A DNA stretch of 64,000 nucleotides from Rebecca billardiae RCC1528 (Eukaryota; Protista; Haptophyta). The position numbers and the translations under genes were made by a program. Position 1 is the stretch's first letter. Every line of letters begins with the position of its first letter. Below are positions 12,621 to 23,025 of the stretch, piece after piece. The notes beneath the pieces are model-generated. The model did not search any database. It had not been told where the DNA came from and worked only from the letters and a program-made list of their open reading frames with translations. Location: NCBI GenBank assembly GCA_965240325.2, contig OZ251254.1:248001-312000 (forward strand), read 5' to 3'.

Positions 12621-15165
12621 CGTCCAGCCAGCGTGCGTAGCCCTGAATCGCCATGCGCCCCTTGGACCTTGGACGCGAAGGGCGAAGCGCCGAAGCCCGC
12701 TGTCCGGCTGTGGCAAACCGCCGGGCCGCCTGCGCTGTGGGAGCGATGGCGGCCGGTGGAAGCGGCGGGGAGTAGGCGACGCACGCCGCGCGAACGAGGA
12801 CGGTCGCGCGGCACGCGAGCGACGGCGGACGCGCCGCGGATGATCGGCGCGCACGCATGACGATCGGCGCATGATGATCGGCGCGCGCGCATGATCGGCG
12901 CATGATGATCGGCGCGCGCGCATGATGATCGGCGCGCGCGCATGATGATCGGCGCGCGCGCATGATGATCGGCGCATGATGATCGGCGCGGGCGCATGAT
13001 CGGCGCATGATCGGCGCATGATGATCGGCGCGCGCGCGTGATCGGCGCATGATGATCGGCGCGGGCGCATGATCGGCGCATGATCGGCGCGTGATGATCG
13101 GCGCGCGCGCATGATCGGCGCATGATCGGCGCATGATGATCGGCGCGGGCGCATGATCGGCGCATGATCGGCGCATGATCGGCGCATGATCGGCGCATGA
13201 TCGGCGCATGATGATCGGCGCGCGCGCATGATCGGCGCATGATGATCGGCGCGGGCGCATGATCGGCGCATGATCGGCGCATGATCGGCGCATGATGATC
13301 GGCGCGCGCGCATGATCGGCGCATGATGATCGGCGCGGGCGCATGATCGGCGCATGATCGGCGCATGATCGGCGCATGATCGGCGCATGATCGGCGCATG
13401 ATGATCGGCGCGCGCGCATGATCGGCGCATGATGATCGGCGCGCGCGCATGATGATCGGCGCATGACGATCGGCGCGCGCGCATGATCGGCGCAAGATGA
13501 CCGGCGCGCGCGCATGATGATCGGCGCGCGCGCATGATGATCGGCGTGCGCGCGTGATGATCGGCGCGCGCGCATGATGCTCGGCGCATGTTGACCCGGC
13601 GGGTACGGCGCCGGTGTGTACGGCGCCGGCCCGGGCGCCCAGGCCGAACCCGCCGGCGGCACGTACGTGAGCGCGAGCGGCGCGGGCCCGGGCTGCGCCC
13701 CCTGTACCGGCGGCGCCGGCGGGGCCGGCGCTGCCGCCTGCAGCCCCTGCGGGTACGGCGCCGGCGGGCACAGCGCCGGGCGGGGCGCCCAGGACGATCC
13801 TGCCGAGGGTGCGCACGTGAACGAGAGCGGCACGGGCCCGTGCGGCGCCACCTGCATCGGCGCCGACCACGACCAGCAGCCCCACTCCGCTGCGCCGGGC
13901 GCCGCCCCGCCAAAGCCGGGCGACAGGTCCTGCACCATCAGCGACGGCGGCGGCGGCGGAATCGGCATGCTCCCACCGTAGACGCGCATCAGCGGGCGCA
14001 TGGCAAACTTGTCATGGAAGGGGTTGTCGTTCTTGTAGCAGTCGAAGAACGGCTCCCGCCCGCCACCGATGCTCGCCACCAGCGCCGCCACGCCCGAGCG
14101 CGCGTCGAGCACCCGCCCGAGGCTCTCCGAGAATTCAGAGTGGAACTGTGCCGCCGCCCGCCAGTCGCGCGCCTCAGCGAGCTGCATCACGAAGCCCCTG
14201 TACTCGCGCAGCACCTCGGCGTCACCCGCGCGCGTGCAGAAGCCCTCGGCCTGCTCGACGAGCAGTATGAAGTGGAGCTGGCTGAGGAGCTGGTAGGCCT
14301 CGCGCAGCTCGCCCTTCGTGTTGAAGTAGACGCTTCGATCGACCTGCGCGTGCGGCACCTCAGCCATGTTGAAGGACTCCCAGACGACCGAACCCGCCGC
14401 GTTCGCCGGCACGCCCAAGCCGCGCCGCATGGACGAAAACGCCCCGCGAGCCGGGAAGCTCGGCCTCCCCCCCCCGGTCCCACGGAGTTGGCCGCCCGCG
14501 CCGCCCGCGAGCGTGCAAGCGTTCACGAACTCGTGCGCGGCCCCCGCAAGGAAGCCAGCCCCACCGAAGGGGACGGGATGCGGCACGAGCGAGCTGGGCG
14601 GGGCGAGGGGCGCCGCCGCGTCCGGCGCCGGCCGGACGCCCCAGGGCGGCGGCCGCGGCGGCGGGACAGAGGTGGGCCCCGTCGGTGCGCCGTCGGCGGG
14701 CGGCGCGCCCGAGTGGCCACCGACCGCCCCATCACCCGCACCGTTGCCGTGGACGCCGCGAAGGAAGTCAGTGAGGCTGTTCGCGAGGTCGGGTGGTAGG
14801 CCAGTCGGAATGCCCGGCTGGCCAGCGGGCGCGGCCGGGGGGGCGGGTGCCTGCGGCTGCGCAGCAGCCGCCGTCGACGCGGCGCCGGCCGCTCGCCCGG
14901 GCGCGGGCGCGGGAGCAGCCCCCGCCGTCGTCCTGGCACCGGCCGCCGGCGCGGTCGCGGGCGGCGGCTGGACCGGCAGCGGGCCGAGCTGCTGCACCGG
15001 CGCGGCAGGCGGCAGGGTACTTGCTTGGCGGCCACCCGCGCGCCCACCCCGGCCCCGACCGCGGCCCCCGCCGCCGCGCCCACGAGCGCCGAGGACCTGC
15101 TGGTTGACGACGGCCGCTGCCGCCGCGCGGCGCCGCGACACGCGTTGGACTGCAGGCACCGCCAT
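12514..15165 (-). CDS. Gag-like ORF of the YR retroelement, reading through the satellite
   Basis: ATG lies just after repeat A1. LREYRGFVMQLAEARDWRAAAQFHSEF resembles the DIRS/Ngaro gag pattern L..Y...I..LA....W.A...Y...F. The flanks are Pro/Ala-rich. Confidence 0.6.
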   Translation of the reverse strand: MAVPAVQRVSRRRAAAAAVVNQQVLGARGRGGGGRGRGRGGRAGGRQASTLPPAAPVQQLGPLPVQPPPATAPAAGARTTAGAAPAPAPGRAAGAASTAAAAQPQAPAPPAAPAGQPGIPTGLPPDLANSLTDFLRGVHGNGAGDGAVGGHSGAPPADGAPTGPTSVPPPRPPPWGVRPAPDAAAPLAPPSSLVPHPVPFGGAGFLAGAAHEFVNACTLAGGAGGQLRGTGGGRPSFPARGAFSSMRRGLGVPANAAGSVVWESFNMAEVPHAQVDRSVYFNTKGELREAYQLLSQLHFILLVEQAEGFCTRAGDAEVLREYRGFVMQLAEARDWRAAAQFHSEFSESLGRVLDARSGVAALVASIGGGREPFFDCYKNDNPFHDKFAMRPLMRVYGGSMPIPPPPPSLMVQDLSPGFGGAAPGAAEWGCWSWSAPMQVAPHGPVPLSFTCAPSAGSSWAPRPALCPPAPYPQGLQAAAPAPPAPPVQGAQPGPAPLALTYVPPAGSAWAPGPAPYTPAPYPPGQHAPSIMRARRSSRAHADHHARAPIIMRARRSSCADHARAPIVMRRSSCARADHHAPIMRARRSSCADHAPIMRRSCADHAPIMRPRRSSCADHARAPIIMRRSCADHAPIMRPRRSSCADHARAPIIMRRSCADHAPIMRRSCADHAPAPIIMRRSCADHARAPIITRRSCADHAPAPIIMRRSRARADHHAPIMRRSCARADHHAPIIMRARRSSCARADHHARAPIIMRRSCARADHHAPIVMRARRSSAARPPSLACRATVLVRAACVAYSPPLPPAAIAPTAQAARRFATAGQRASALRPSRPRSKGRMAIQGYARWLDVASRSSGCCPPSTADTGRVGARARLSRGVSGVAAR
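12839..13590. repeat. Complex satellite of ATGATCGGCGC variants
   Basis: Dozens of (ATG)1-2ATCGG(CG)n units over about 750 bp. Confidence 0.95.
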
Positions 15166-15858
15166 GTCGGGACGGCGGGAGGCGGAGGAGCGCAGCTGGT
15201 TGTCCGTGCGGCTGCTCGGCGCCAAGCGTGGCCCGTCGGCTGGGTTTGGTAGTCGGGCGGCGGTCCGGTCGGCGGTCGGGCAGGGCGAGGTGCGCCGTGC
15301 GGTCGGGCGGGAAAGCGGACGGCTGCTGGGCGAAACTCGCTCCTGTTCGCCAAAGCCGGTCACTGCCCGTCAACTCCCGGCGCGCGCTCACTTTTCTGCG
15401 GTCCGCGCCAAAAGCGAGCTGCCACACGCTCGGAACGCTGTCCGGGGGCGCGCTGCGAGCTCCGAGCTCCGAGCCCGTCCGGGCGGGGGTGCGGTCGGAG
15501 GGGCGCTGGAGGAGGGTATCGGGCGGCGGCGAAGCGGCGCCGGCAGTCATAACGCGATAACCGCCGCAGACTGCCAAACCCGCCACTCCCGTCGCGTCGG
15601 CCATCGCCCCAAATCTCGGTCACGGGCGCAGCAACGCGCGAAAGAAAGACTTCCTGTGATTCTGAGAGCGTCGGGAGCGGTAGATGACAAGTCGAGATTC
15701 GAGAAGCTCATCGCTTCCATTGCTTCCGCGCTACAAAGCTACTAGTACTAGCGATCAGTAATGTAGGATGATGCCGACTGTGGAGAGCGCACGAGCGCTG
15801 TGGGACGCGCGGCGCCGCGCGCCCGCGCCGGCAGGCCATGCGCGGCTGTATGAGCTCG

Positions 15859-16680
15859 TTACGGGTCACTCGGCTGTATGAGCTCGGCCGCGAGCGTCGC
15901 CGCCGCCTCGATTCCAGGGTGTGCGTCGCGCGCGGCGGCGACGAGCTGCGCGCCGCCCTCGGCGAGCAGCGCGCGCAGCCCGGCCGGCTGGGCCGCGAGG
16001 TTCCCGAGCGCGTCGCACGCCTCCTCGACCACCTGGCCGTCCTCGCCGTGCGCGCGCAGCGCGGCGGCGATCGCGCCGACCGCGCCCTTGGCGAGCGCCT
16101 CCGCCTCGCCCTGGTCGGTGTAGCCGAGGTTGGCGAGGGCGAGGCAGGCCTTGGCCTGCACGGCGGCGTGGGCGGGGTGTGCCGCCATCGCCGCGAGCAC
16201 CGCGTCCACCCCGCCGCCCTCCAGCACCTCCGCCGCACCCTCGCCGAGGCAGAGATTCGCGAGCGCGGAGCACGCGGCCGCCTGCAGCTCCGCGTCCGCG
16301 CGCAGCCCTTCCATCGCCTGCGTGACGGCGAAGGTGGCGCCGAGGCCGAGCGCGACGGCGCGGCCGGCGTCCTTCTCGGCGAGGATCGCGAGCGCCTTGC
16401 ACCCCTTCGCCTGCACCACCGCGCGCCCGTCCACCGCCATCGTGTCCACCACCTCCTCCGCGGCGCGCGAGCCGTTGCGCAGCACGAGGCCCACCAGCCG
16501 CTCGCCGTCGGTTTCGTCAGCGGCCGCGCCCGCCGAGCCGTAGAAGTGGTCGGCGCGGCGTCGGTTCGCGGCGGGGGCGGCGTGCCCCGCGCCGTCCGCG
16601 ACGGCGCTGCCCCCGCTGAAGCGCCACCCCTCCGCTTGCAGCTGCTCTCTCGTCTTGCCCTCGTCGTCAGCGGCTGCCAT
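15859..16680 (-). CDS. Armadillo-repeat protein
   Basis: Starts MAAADDEGK. ARM repeats: ELQAAACSALANL, GGVDAVLAAMAAHPAHAAVQAKACLALANL, GAVGAIAAALRAH. Confidence 0.8.
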   Translation of the reverse strand: MAAADDEGKTREQLQAEGWRFSGGSAVADGAGHAAPAANRRRADHFYGSAGAAADETDGERLVGLVLRNGSRAAEEVVDTMAVDGRAVVQAKGCKALAILAEKDAGRAVALGLGATFAVTQAMEGLRADAELQAAACSALANLCLGEGAAEVLEGGGVDAVLAAMAAHPAHAAVQAKACLALANLGYTDQGEAEALAKGAVGAIAAALRAHGEDGQVVEEACDALGNLAAQPAGLRALLAEGGAQLVAAARDAHPGIEAAATLAAELIQPSDP

Positions 16681-16743
16681 GATTGCGCGGTGACCGGGCG
16701 GCTCTCCGGCCGGGGGCGGGCGGTCAGCCACACCCCCATCTGC

Positions 16744-19700
16744 CTGACGAGATCGACGGTGGCCGGCGGCACGAGCAAGCAGCACGCGAGCAAGCGCCCG
16801 GCCGAGGGCGGAGGCGGCGCGAGCGCCGGCGGCGCGCCGGCGGCGCGCAGCGGCGCCGACGGCATCGACGACATCGACGCGCTCCCGCGCGGCGCGTCGT
16901 GCGCCGCGCTCGGCGCGCTCGTCCTCGCCGTGTACGCGCGCACGGCGATGGCGGGCGTCGGCGGCGGCGACTCGGGCGAGCTCGTGCAGGTGGCGCACGC
17001 GCTGGGCGTGGCGCACCCGCCGGGGTACCCGCTGTGGACGATGCTCGCGCACGGCTTCTCGCGCCTCCCGCTCGGCGGCTCGGTCGCCTGGCGCGTCAAC
17101 CTCTCCTCCGCCGCGTGCGGTGCGGCGGCCGCGGGCTGCCTCGCGGCGGCGACCGCCGAGCTCGGCGGCTCGACGCTCGGCGGGCTTGCGGCGGGCGGGC
17201 TCTTCGCGTTCTCGCCGCACGTGTGGACGTACGCGACGCACGCGGAGGTCTTCGCGCTGCACAACCTCCTCCTCGCCGTGCTCCTCCTCCTCCTCGTCCG
17301 CTTCGACGCCGGCGGCGGCCGCTCGCACCGCCTCGCGCGCGCGGGTGCATTCGTGATTGGGCTGTGCGCGTGCAACCAGCACACGGCGGTGTTCTTCGCG
17401 GCGCCGTGGGCGGCGTGGGCGGTGTGGCGCGCGCGCGCGTCCGCGCGGCTCCACGCGCCGCGCGCGCTCCTCGGCCTCGCCCTCGCCGGCCTGCTCGGCC
17501 TTGCGCCGCACGCGCAGCTCTGGGCGCGCGGCGGCTCGGTGGGCGCCTGGGGCTCGTGGGGTGACACGGCCACCGGTCCGGGCCTCGTGCACCACGTGCT
17601 GCGGCGGGACTACGGGACGTTCCGGCTGTCGAACGCGGAGCGCGCGACCGACGCGGAGTACGCGCACCGCCTCCTCGCCTACCTCCGCGCGCTGCCCGCC
17701 CAGTCTCTCGGGGCGGTCGGGCCGGCGGCGGCGGCGCTCGGCGCGGCCAGCCTTCTGCACGCGCGGCGCACGCGCTCGCTCGCGCTCGCGCTCGGCGCGG
17801 GCGTGGCGCTGTACCTCGGCCCGTTCTTCTACCTGTCGAACCTGCCGGTCTCGTCGCCCTTCTTCCGCCAGATCCAGGAGCGCTTCTGGCCGCAGCCCTC
17901 CCTCGTCTTCTTCGCCGCGCTCGGCGCCGGGCTCGGCCAGCTGGGGCGGCACCTGCCGTGCGCGCGCTCGCGCGCCGTGCGCGCGGCCGTGTGCGCGGCG
18001 CTGGTGGGTGCGCAGCTGCGCGCGCACTTCGACGCGCACGACTTCTCGCGGCACGAGCTGTTCACCAACTTTGGCGCCGCGCTGCTCGACGCCGTGCCGC
18101 CGCAGCCCGCGCCGGGCGGCGCAGCCGCCGCCGCAGCCGCCGCCCCTCCGAGACAGCCGCAGCAGCAGCCGCAGCAGCAGCCGCAGCGGCAGCCGCAGCA
18201 GCAGCACCGTCGCCCAGTCCTGCTCACGAACGGCGACGAGGTGATCAACTCGGTCCGGTACGCGCAGCGGTGCGAGGGGCGGCGTCCGGACGTGCTCGTG
18301 CTCGACCTGAACTACCTGCAGTTCCAATGGTACGTGCGCTACGCCGGGCCGGCGCACTATCCAGGGCTGCGCTTCCCCGGCAACGCGTACGGCTCGCGGC
18401 CGGGCGACTTCCAGATGGGTTCTTTTCTCGACGCGAATTCGGAGGAATTCGAGTTCTTCTCCGCCGGCGGCATCGTGGACGCGGACCGCACGTGGGAGGC
18501 ACGATGGCGGCTGTGGCCGGTGGGCCCGCTGATGAGGCTGGTGCCGCGGGCCCAGCGGATCGACCTGAGCGCCGAGTGGCAGCTCGAGTCCGAGCGGCGG
18601 CTCGCGGCGCTCGCGCCCCTCCTCTCGCCCACCCGCCCGCGTCCGCCCGAGCCGCCGCCGCCGCCCTCGCTCCGCGCGTGGGCCGAGGCGCTCGCGGCCG
18701 CGCTCGGCGCGGGCGGCGCCGCGCAGCCGGGCAACGACGGGCGCGCCGCGCCGGTGGCGGGCAGCTGGGAGGAGGTCGTCGTGACGAGCCACTACGCGCA
18801 GGCACACTACAACCGTGCCTACTTTGTGCTGCAGGTCCAAAGCCGCGGCGCGCGCGCGCGCGCGCGCATGCGCATGCGCGCACTCGCGCGCGCGCGAAAG
18901 CGTCCGTCCACCCGCGCGCGCACCCGGCGCCCGCCCGACCGCCCGACGACCGCGCGCACAGGTCGGGCTCGAGCTGGGCACCAACGCGGACGTGCTCGCC
19001 CTCGCCGCCCGGCTGTACGAAGACCTCGCCGCGAAGGGCGTTCCGGGCATCCCGGAGACACCGGACCACGTCCACCGGAATATCGGCGTGTGCCACTCGC
19101 GGCTGATGGCGCTGGAGACCGACCCGACCAAGCGGGTGCGCGCTGGGCGACAGCCCTTGGGCCGGTACCCTGCGCCGCGCCCGGGGGTGCGCACGTACGT
19201 ACGCACGTCACGTGCGTACGTGCGTGTGCGCGGGCTGCTGGCCGGCTGGCGCGCGCTCGGAACGGGCTGGGCCGCCCGATGCGCCTCCTGAGGGCCTGGC
19301 GCCGTGCGCGGCGCGGGCGCGCCGCGCGCGCCGCGCCGCGCACCCGTCACGATGGGAGGCCGACCCCGCCGCCCGCGCGCCCGCACCGCCCTTGCGTCGC
19401 GCGCCGCAGGCGATCTCCGCGCAGCGCGCGGCCGCGGCCTTCCTCCGGTACCTGAGCTACCCAACCGTGAGCGAGGCGGACAGGCGGCAGGTGGAGGCAG
19501 GCATCCTGGGGCTGCTGGCAGCGCCGCCGCCGGCTGGAGGCTCGGCCGGCTCGGCCGCCGGCGCGCGCGCGGCCGCGGCTGCGGGCGGGGGTGGCGCCGG
19601 GGCGGCCACGCCGTCGGCCGGCCCCAGCCGCGCGGCCTCGTCGGCTGCGTCGTCGTCGGCTTCCTCCTCGGCGCCGCCTCGCAAGCCGAGCGGTGCCAAG

Positions 19701-19760
19701 GCCAAGTCGGCGAAGAAGCGAGTGGCGTCGGAGGCGGCGCCGGCTCGGACATCAGCGTGA
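16744..19760 (+). CDS. TMEM260: TMEM260-like (DUF2723) protein O-mannosyltransferase; start uncertain; exons ~16744-18834, 18962-19135, 19410-19760
   Basis: GGDSGEL...GVAHPPGYPL, FSPHVWTYATHAEVFALHN, NQHT, HVLRRDYGTFRL and ERFWPQ motifs. Multiple TM helices and two GT-AG introns. Confidence 0.85.
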
Positions 19761-20485
19761 CGGCAGGTCGCAGGACGGCGCAGCGGCACTGGTCCGCAGG
19801 CCTCTCGGACCTTGTCATCGCAGCCGACGACGCGGCGGGGGCGGCAAATCGTCGCGCGCGAGATCGACGAGTCACTCACACTGATCAGCAGTGACTCGGT
19901 CTCGCTGGCTGGGCAGAGCGCGCGCAGCGCATCAGGGCATCACTGATGCGCGGCTGTCAGCCGTGCCGTGCCGCGGCCCGGGGCCCCGGGAGTCATGCCG
20001 CACCAGTGATGGCGGCCTTCGGGCCGGGCGGACTCAGCCGCTGATTCGTCGGCTTGAGTAGTACTAGTACGCGGACTATTAGTAGTTTTAAAAGTAGTAC
20101 GACTGTAGTACGCGGTCGGTCCGAGCACTTATGCTGCTGCTGCTGGCCGCGGCGGCTGCGCGCGACACTCGGGCACCCGCGTGAGCGGCAGAGTGCCGGA
20201 GTGCCAGCGCCGGGCGGCGGATCCGGGAGTGCCAGAGTGCCGCCCGCTGCGGAGTGAGCCCGCCAGTCGGACCGGACGTTCGCCGGATCCGGCAGGGCGC
20301 GCAGACCGCGCCATATGGATGGCGCCGAGTGAGTGCCTGGACGCGGGTTGGCATCCGTATCGATCTATATCCGCGAGCAGTCGCCATCGTCGCCGAACCG
20401 CTGCGTGGCCTGCGTGCCACCGACCGACCCGTCGACACTTTCGAGGGCTCAGGGCCTCCAGCCGCGCGGCGTCCGCACGCATGCC

Positions 20486-21567
20486 TCAGCGCTCGAGCTT
20501 GGCGGCCGCCTTCTCGAGCTTCTCCGCCTCCTTGGCCGCGGCGGCCTCGGCCTTGGCCGCCTTCTTCTCCGCCGCGCCGACGATGCCCTCGGCCTTCTTC
20601 TCGGCGGCGTCTCGCGCCTTGTCGGCGGCCGCCTTGGCCTTGGCGAAGCCGCCCTGGGCCTTGTCGAGCGCCTTGGCGGCGCCGTCCGCGGCCTTCGCCG
20701 CCTCCTTCGCCTCCTTGTCCGCGCCCTTCAGCTCTTGCCGCAGCCCCTTCAGCTGCTCCTTCAGCTCGCCCTGCGGCCGCGCGCGCGGCGTGCGCGCGGG
20801 AGCGCCGCGTCAGCAACCGCAGGGCACGTGGGCGCGCCGACCGCGCCGCACCGCCGCCACACCGCCCTGCGCGCGCGGTGCACAGTGCACGCTTCGAATG
20901 GTGCAGTCGCATTCTGCGAGCAGCCTGCATAGCAGCGGCGCGCATCACTCCCAACCGCAGCCGTGCAGCCGGCGCCACAGCAGCGCAGCCGGCCGCCGCA
21001 GCTGGCGCCGCAGTGCAGCCACCCACCCGCCACACGCGCCACAGCAGCGCAGCCGGCGCCGCCACCCACCCGCCGCGGGCGGGGGGCACAGCAGTGCAGC
21101 CGGGGCGGCCACCCACCCGCCGCCGCCCCGGGGGCGTTCCGCTCCGCACGGTCGTGGCCGCACCGCCGCACCCTCACCCTAACCCTAAAACCCTAACCCT
21201 AAAACCCTCACCCTAACCGCCGTACCTTCTTCTGGAAGCGGAAGAACGGAAGGGCCTGCTCCTCCGCGTCCACGCGCTCGATGTCCGCCTGCAGGCGCGA
21301 GACGCGCGAGCTGGTCTCGCTCGCCTTGGAGCTGGCGCCCTTCGACGCCGCCTCCGCGCTGCTCAGCTCCTTCCGCGCCAGCGCCAGCGCCGCGTCTCCC
21401 GAGCTCCCCTCCCCCGTGCGCACCGCCTGCGCCTGTCGCTGCGCGTCCGCGCGGATGGTGGACGCCTCGTCGCGCCCGGCGCGGCGCGCGTCGTCGGCGC
21501 GGGAGCGCAGCTCCGAGGCGGACTCGGCGCCCGTGACGGGCGGCGGCGCCGGCTTGGGAGCGGGCGG

Positions 21568-21598
<31 letters not shown>

Positions 21599-21978
21599 GG
21601 CAGCGGCAGATCGATGGCGGCCGGCGCGCTCGGCGCGGGCGCGACCGCCGCGGGCGGCGGCGGCGGCGGCGGCGCGACGCTCGGCGCGCTCGGCGCCTCG
21701 ACCGAGCTCTCCAGCGGCGGCGCCTCCCCGCCCTTGTTGCGCTGCTTGTACACCACCTTCTCTTTGCTGAAGTAGTCGTACGCGAGGAGCGCGTCGGTCG
21801 GAGGGAAGACCGAGCTGCCGCGGCCCGCGAGAGCGGCCGGCGCGACGGGCGTGGGCGCGAGGTGCTGCGGCACGGGCGGCGGGATGTGCGCCGCGAGCAT
21901 CGACACGCGGCCGCGCGGCACCGCGCGGCCGCACAGCGCCGCCGTCGCCACCAACGAGAGCGCCGCCGGCGTCATCAT
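20486..21978 (-). CDS. Pro-rich / Ala-Lys-Glu coiled-coil protein with signal- or transit-like N-terminus; exons 21978-21226, 20770-20486
   Basis: Leader MMTPAALSLVATAALCGRAVPRGRVSM. GT-AG intron 21225-20771 joins FQKK to GELKEQLKGLRQEL in frame. Confidence 0.65.
21172..21217. repeat. Intronic telomere-like (CCCTAA)n
   Basis: ccctaa, ccctaaaa and ccctca units next to the splice donor. Confidence 0.9.
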
Positions 21979-22559
21979 CGCAGCGAGCCTGGCCGAGCGC
22001 CGGTCGAGTCGCCGCAGCCGTCCGCGGCGCAGCGGGCGTTGATGGCTGGGGTTCGGCACTTTGTTTGCCCCCACACGCGGCGCTGATTGGACGTTTCAAA
22101 TCTGAAAGCGCGCCTTCGCGTTCGCTGCTGCTAGATCGCCACGGCGGCAGCATGGCGGTCGCGGCGGTCGCCATGCTGCTCGGGCGGAGGGGCGGTGTGC
22201 GGCGTGTCGGGTAGCCGCCACCGCCGCGAGTACGCGAGAAACACGCGACGGTCGCCGCCAGGGCGCCACGCCTAGGGCTCAGTCGTCCACGCTGAATGGC
22301 TGCACGTGGATCTGCGGTCATGACTGAGCCTGGGCTGAGCACGGCCGCACCGCAGGTACCGCTCGACAGGGCTAACTTCGTCCGAGCTAGACTGCCGACT
22401 CGAACGCACTCGCGCGGGCAATGGCATGCTGCTAGATGGCAGTTGGCACTCACATCGTCTAGTCTCGGGCTCGGCGGCGATGGTGTGGTGGCAGGCGGTG
22501 TGGTGGCAGGTGCCACCTGCCACCCCGACGCACACGGGTATGGCGATCGGTGGGCTGCT

Positions 22560-22860
22560 CCGCTGCTCGTGCAGAGGCCGAGCGCAGCCGACCGCATCAG
22601 CCGTTTGCCGCACGCGTACACGCTGCCGTCCGCGCCCACAGATAGCGAGTGGGCGTCGCCGCCTAGTCGTTATGGGTGAGGTCGCGTATAACTTGCATGA
22701 GTGGAAGCCTTGGCGGCATCGTGTTCGTGCCCCAGCCCCCAAATCTGGCCGTACTCGCTGTCCCCAACGGGCGCACGCTGCCGCCCGCGTCCAGCACAGC
22801 GCTGACAGAGTTGCCAGCACTCGCACGCACGGCGTGCACACCTCGACGCGCCGCTGGGCG
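22560..22860 (-). pseudogene. RCC1-repeat gene fragment
   Basis: GVHAVRASAGNSVSAVLDAGGSV and SVGADGSVYACGK...SAALG lie in different frames and match the C-terminus of the gene at 193-1692. Confidence 0.6.
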
Positions 22861-23025
22861 ATGGCTAATCCACCCCATACACTGCGGGCGTCAATCTCGC
22901 CTGCCTATGATAAGCTGCGCGCGTCTCCTATTCTTAGTACTACGGGGGTAAACTAACTGTACGTGCGTGAACGTAAAGTACATACATATTACAGTATGGG
23001 GGTATTGTACGTGAGTGGCAAAGGC

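Larger units (their letters stand above)
11481..15611 (-). mobile_element. Non-autonomous tyrosine-recombinase retrotransposon (DIRS order, Ngaro/PAT-like split direct repeats), family 1 copy 1
   Basis: On the minus strand: A1 (15611-15174), gag-like ORF, satellite, YR remnant, B1 (12210-12089), A2 (12089-11652), 62-bp spacer, B2 (11589-11481). No reverse transcriptase seen. Confidence 0.85.

Noticed and set aside
11652-15611. Ordinary LTR retrotransposon, with the 438-bp direct repeats as LTRs
   Set aside because: There are no TG...CA ends, PPT or TSD. The extra B repeats and YR remnant indicate the DIRS order.
15859-19875. 1338-aa minus-strand ORF as one protein
   Set aside because: Most of it is the antisense shadow of the TMEM260-like gene. 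Only 16680-15859 is ARM-like.
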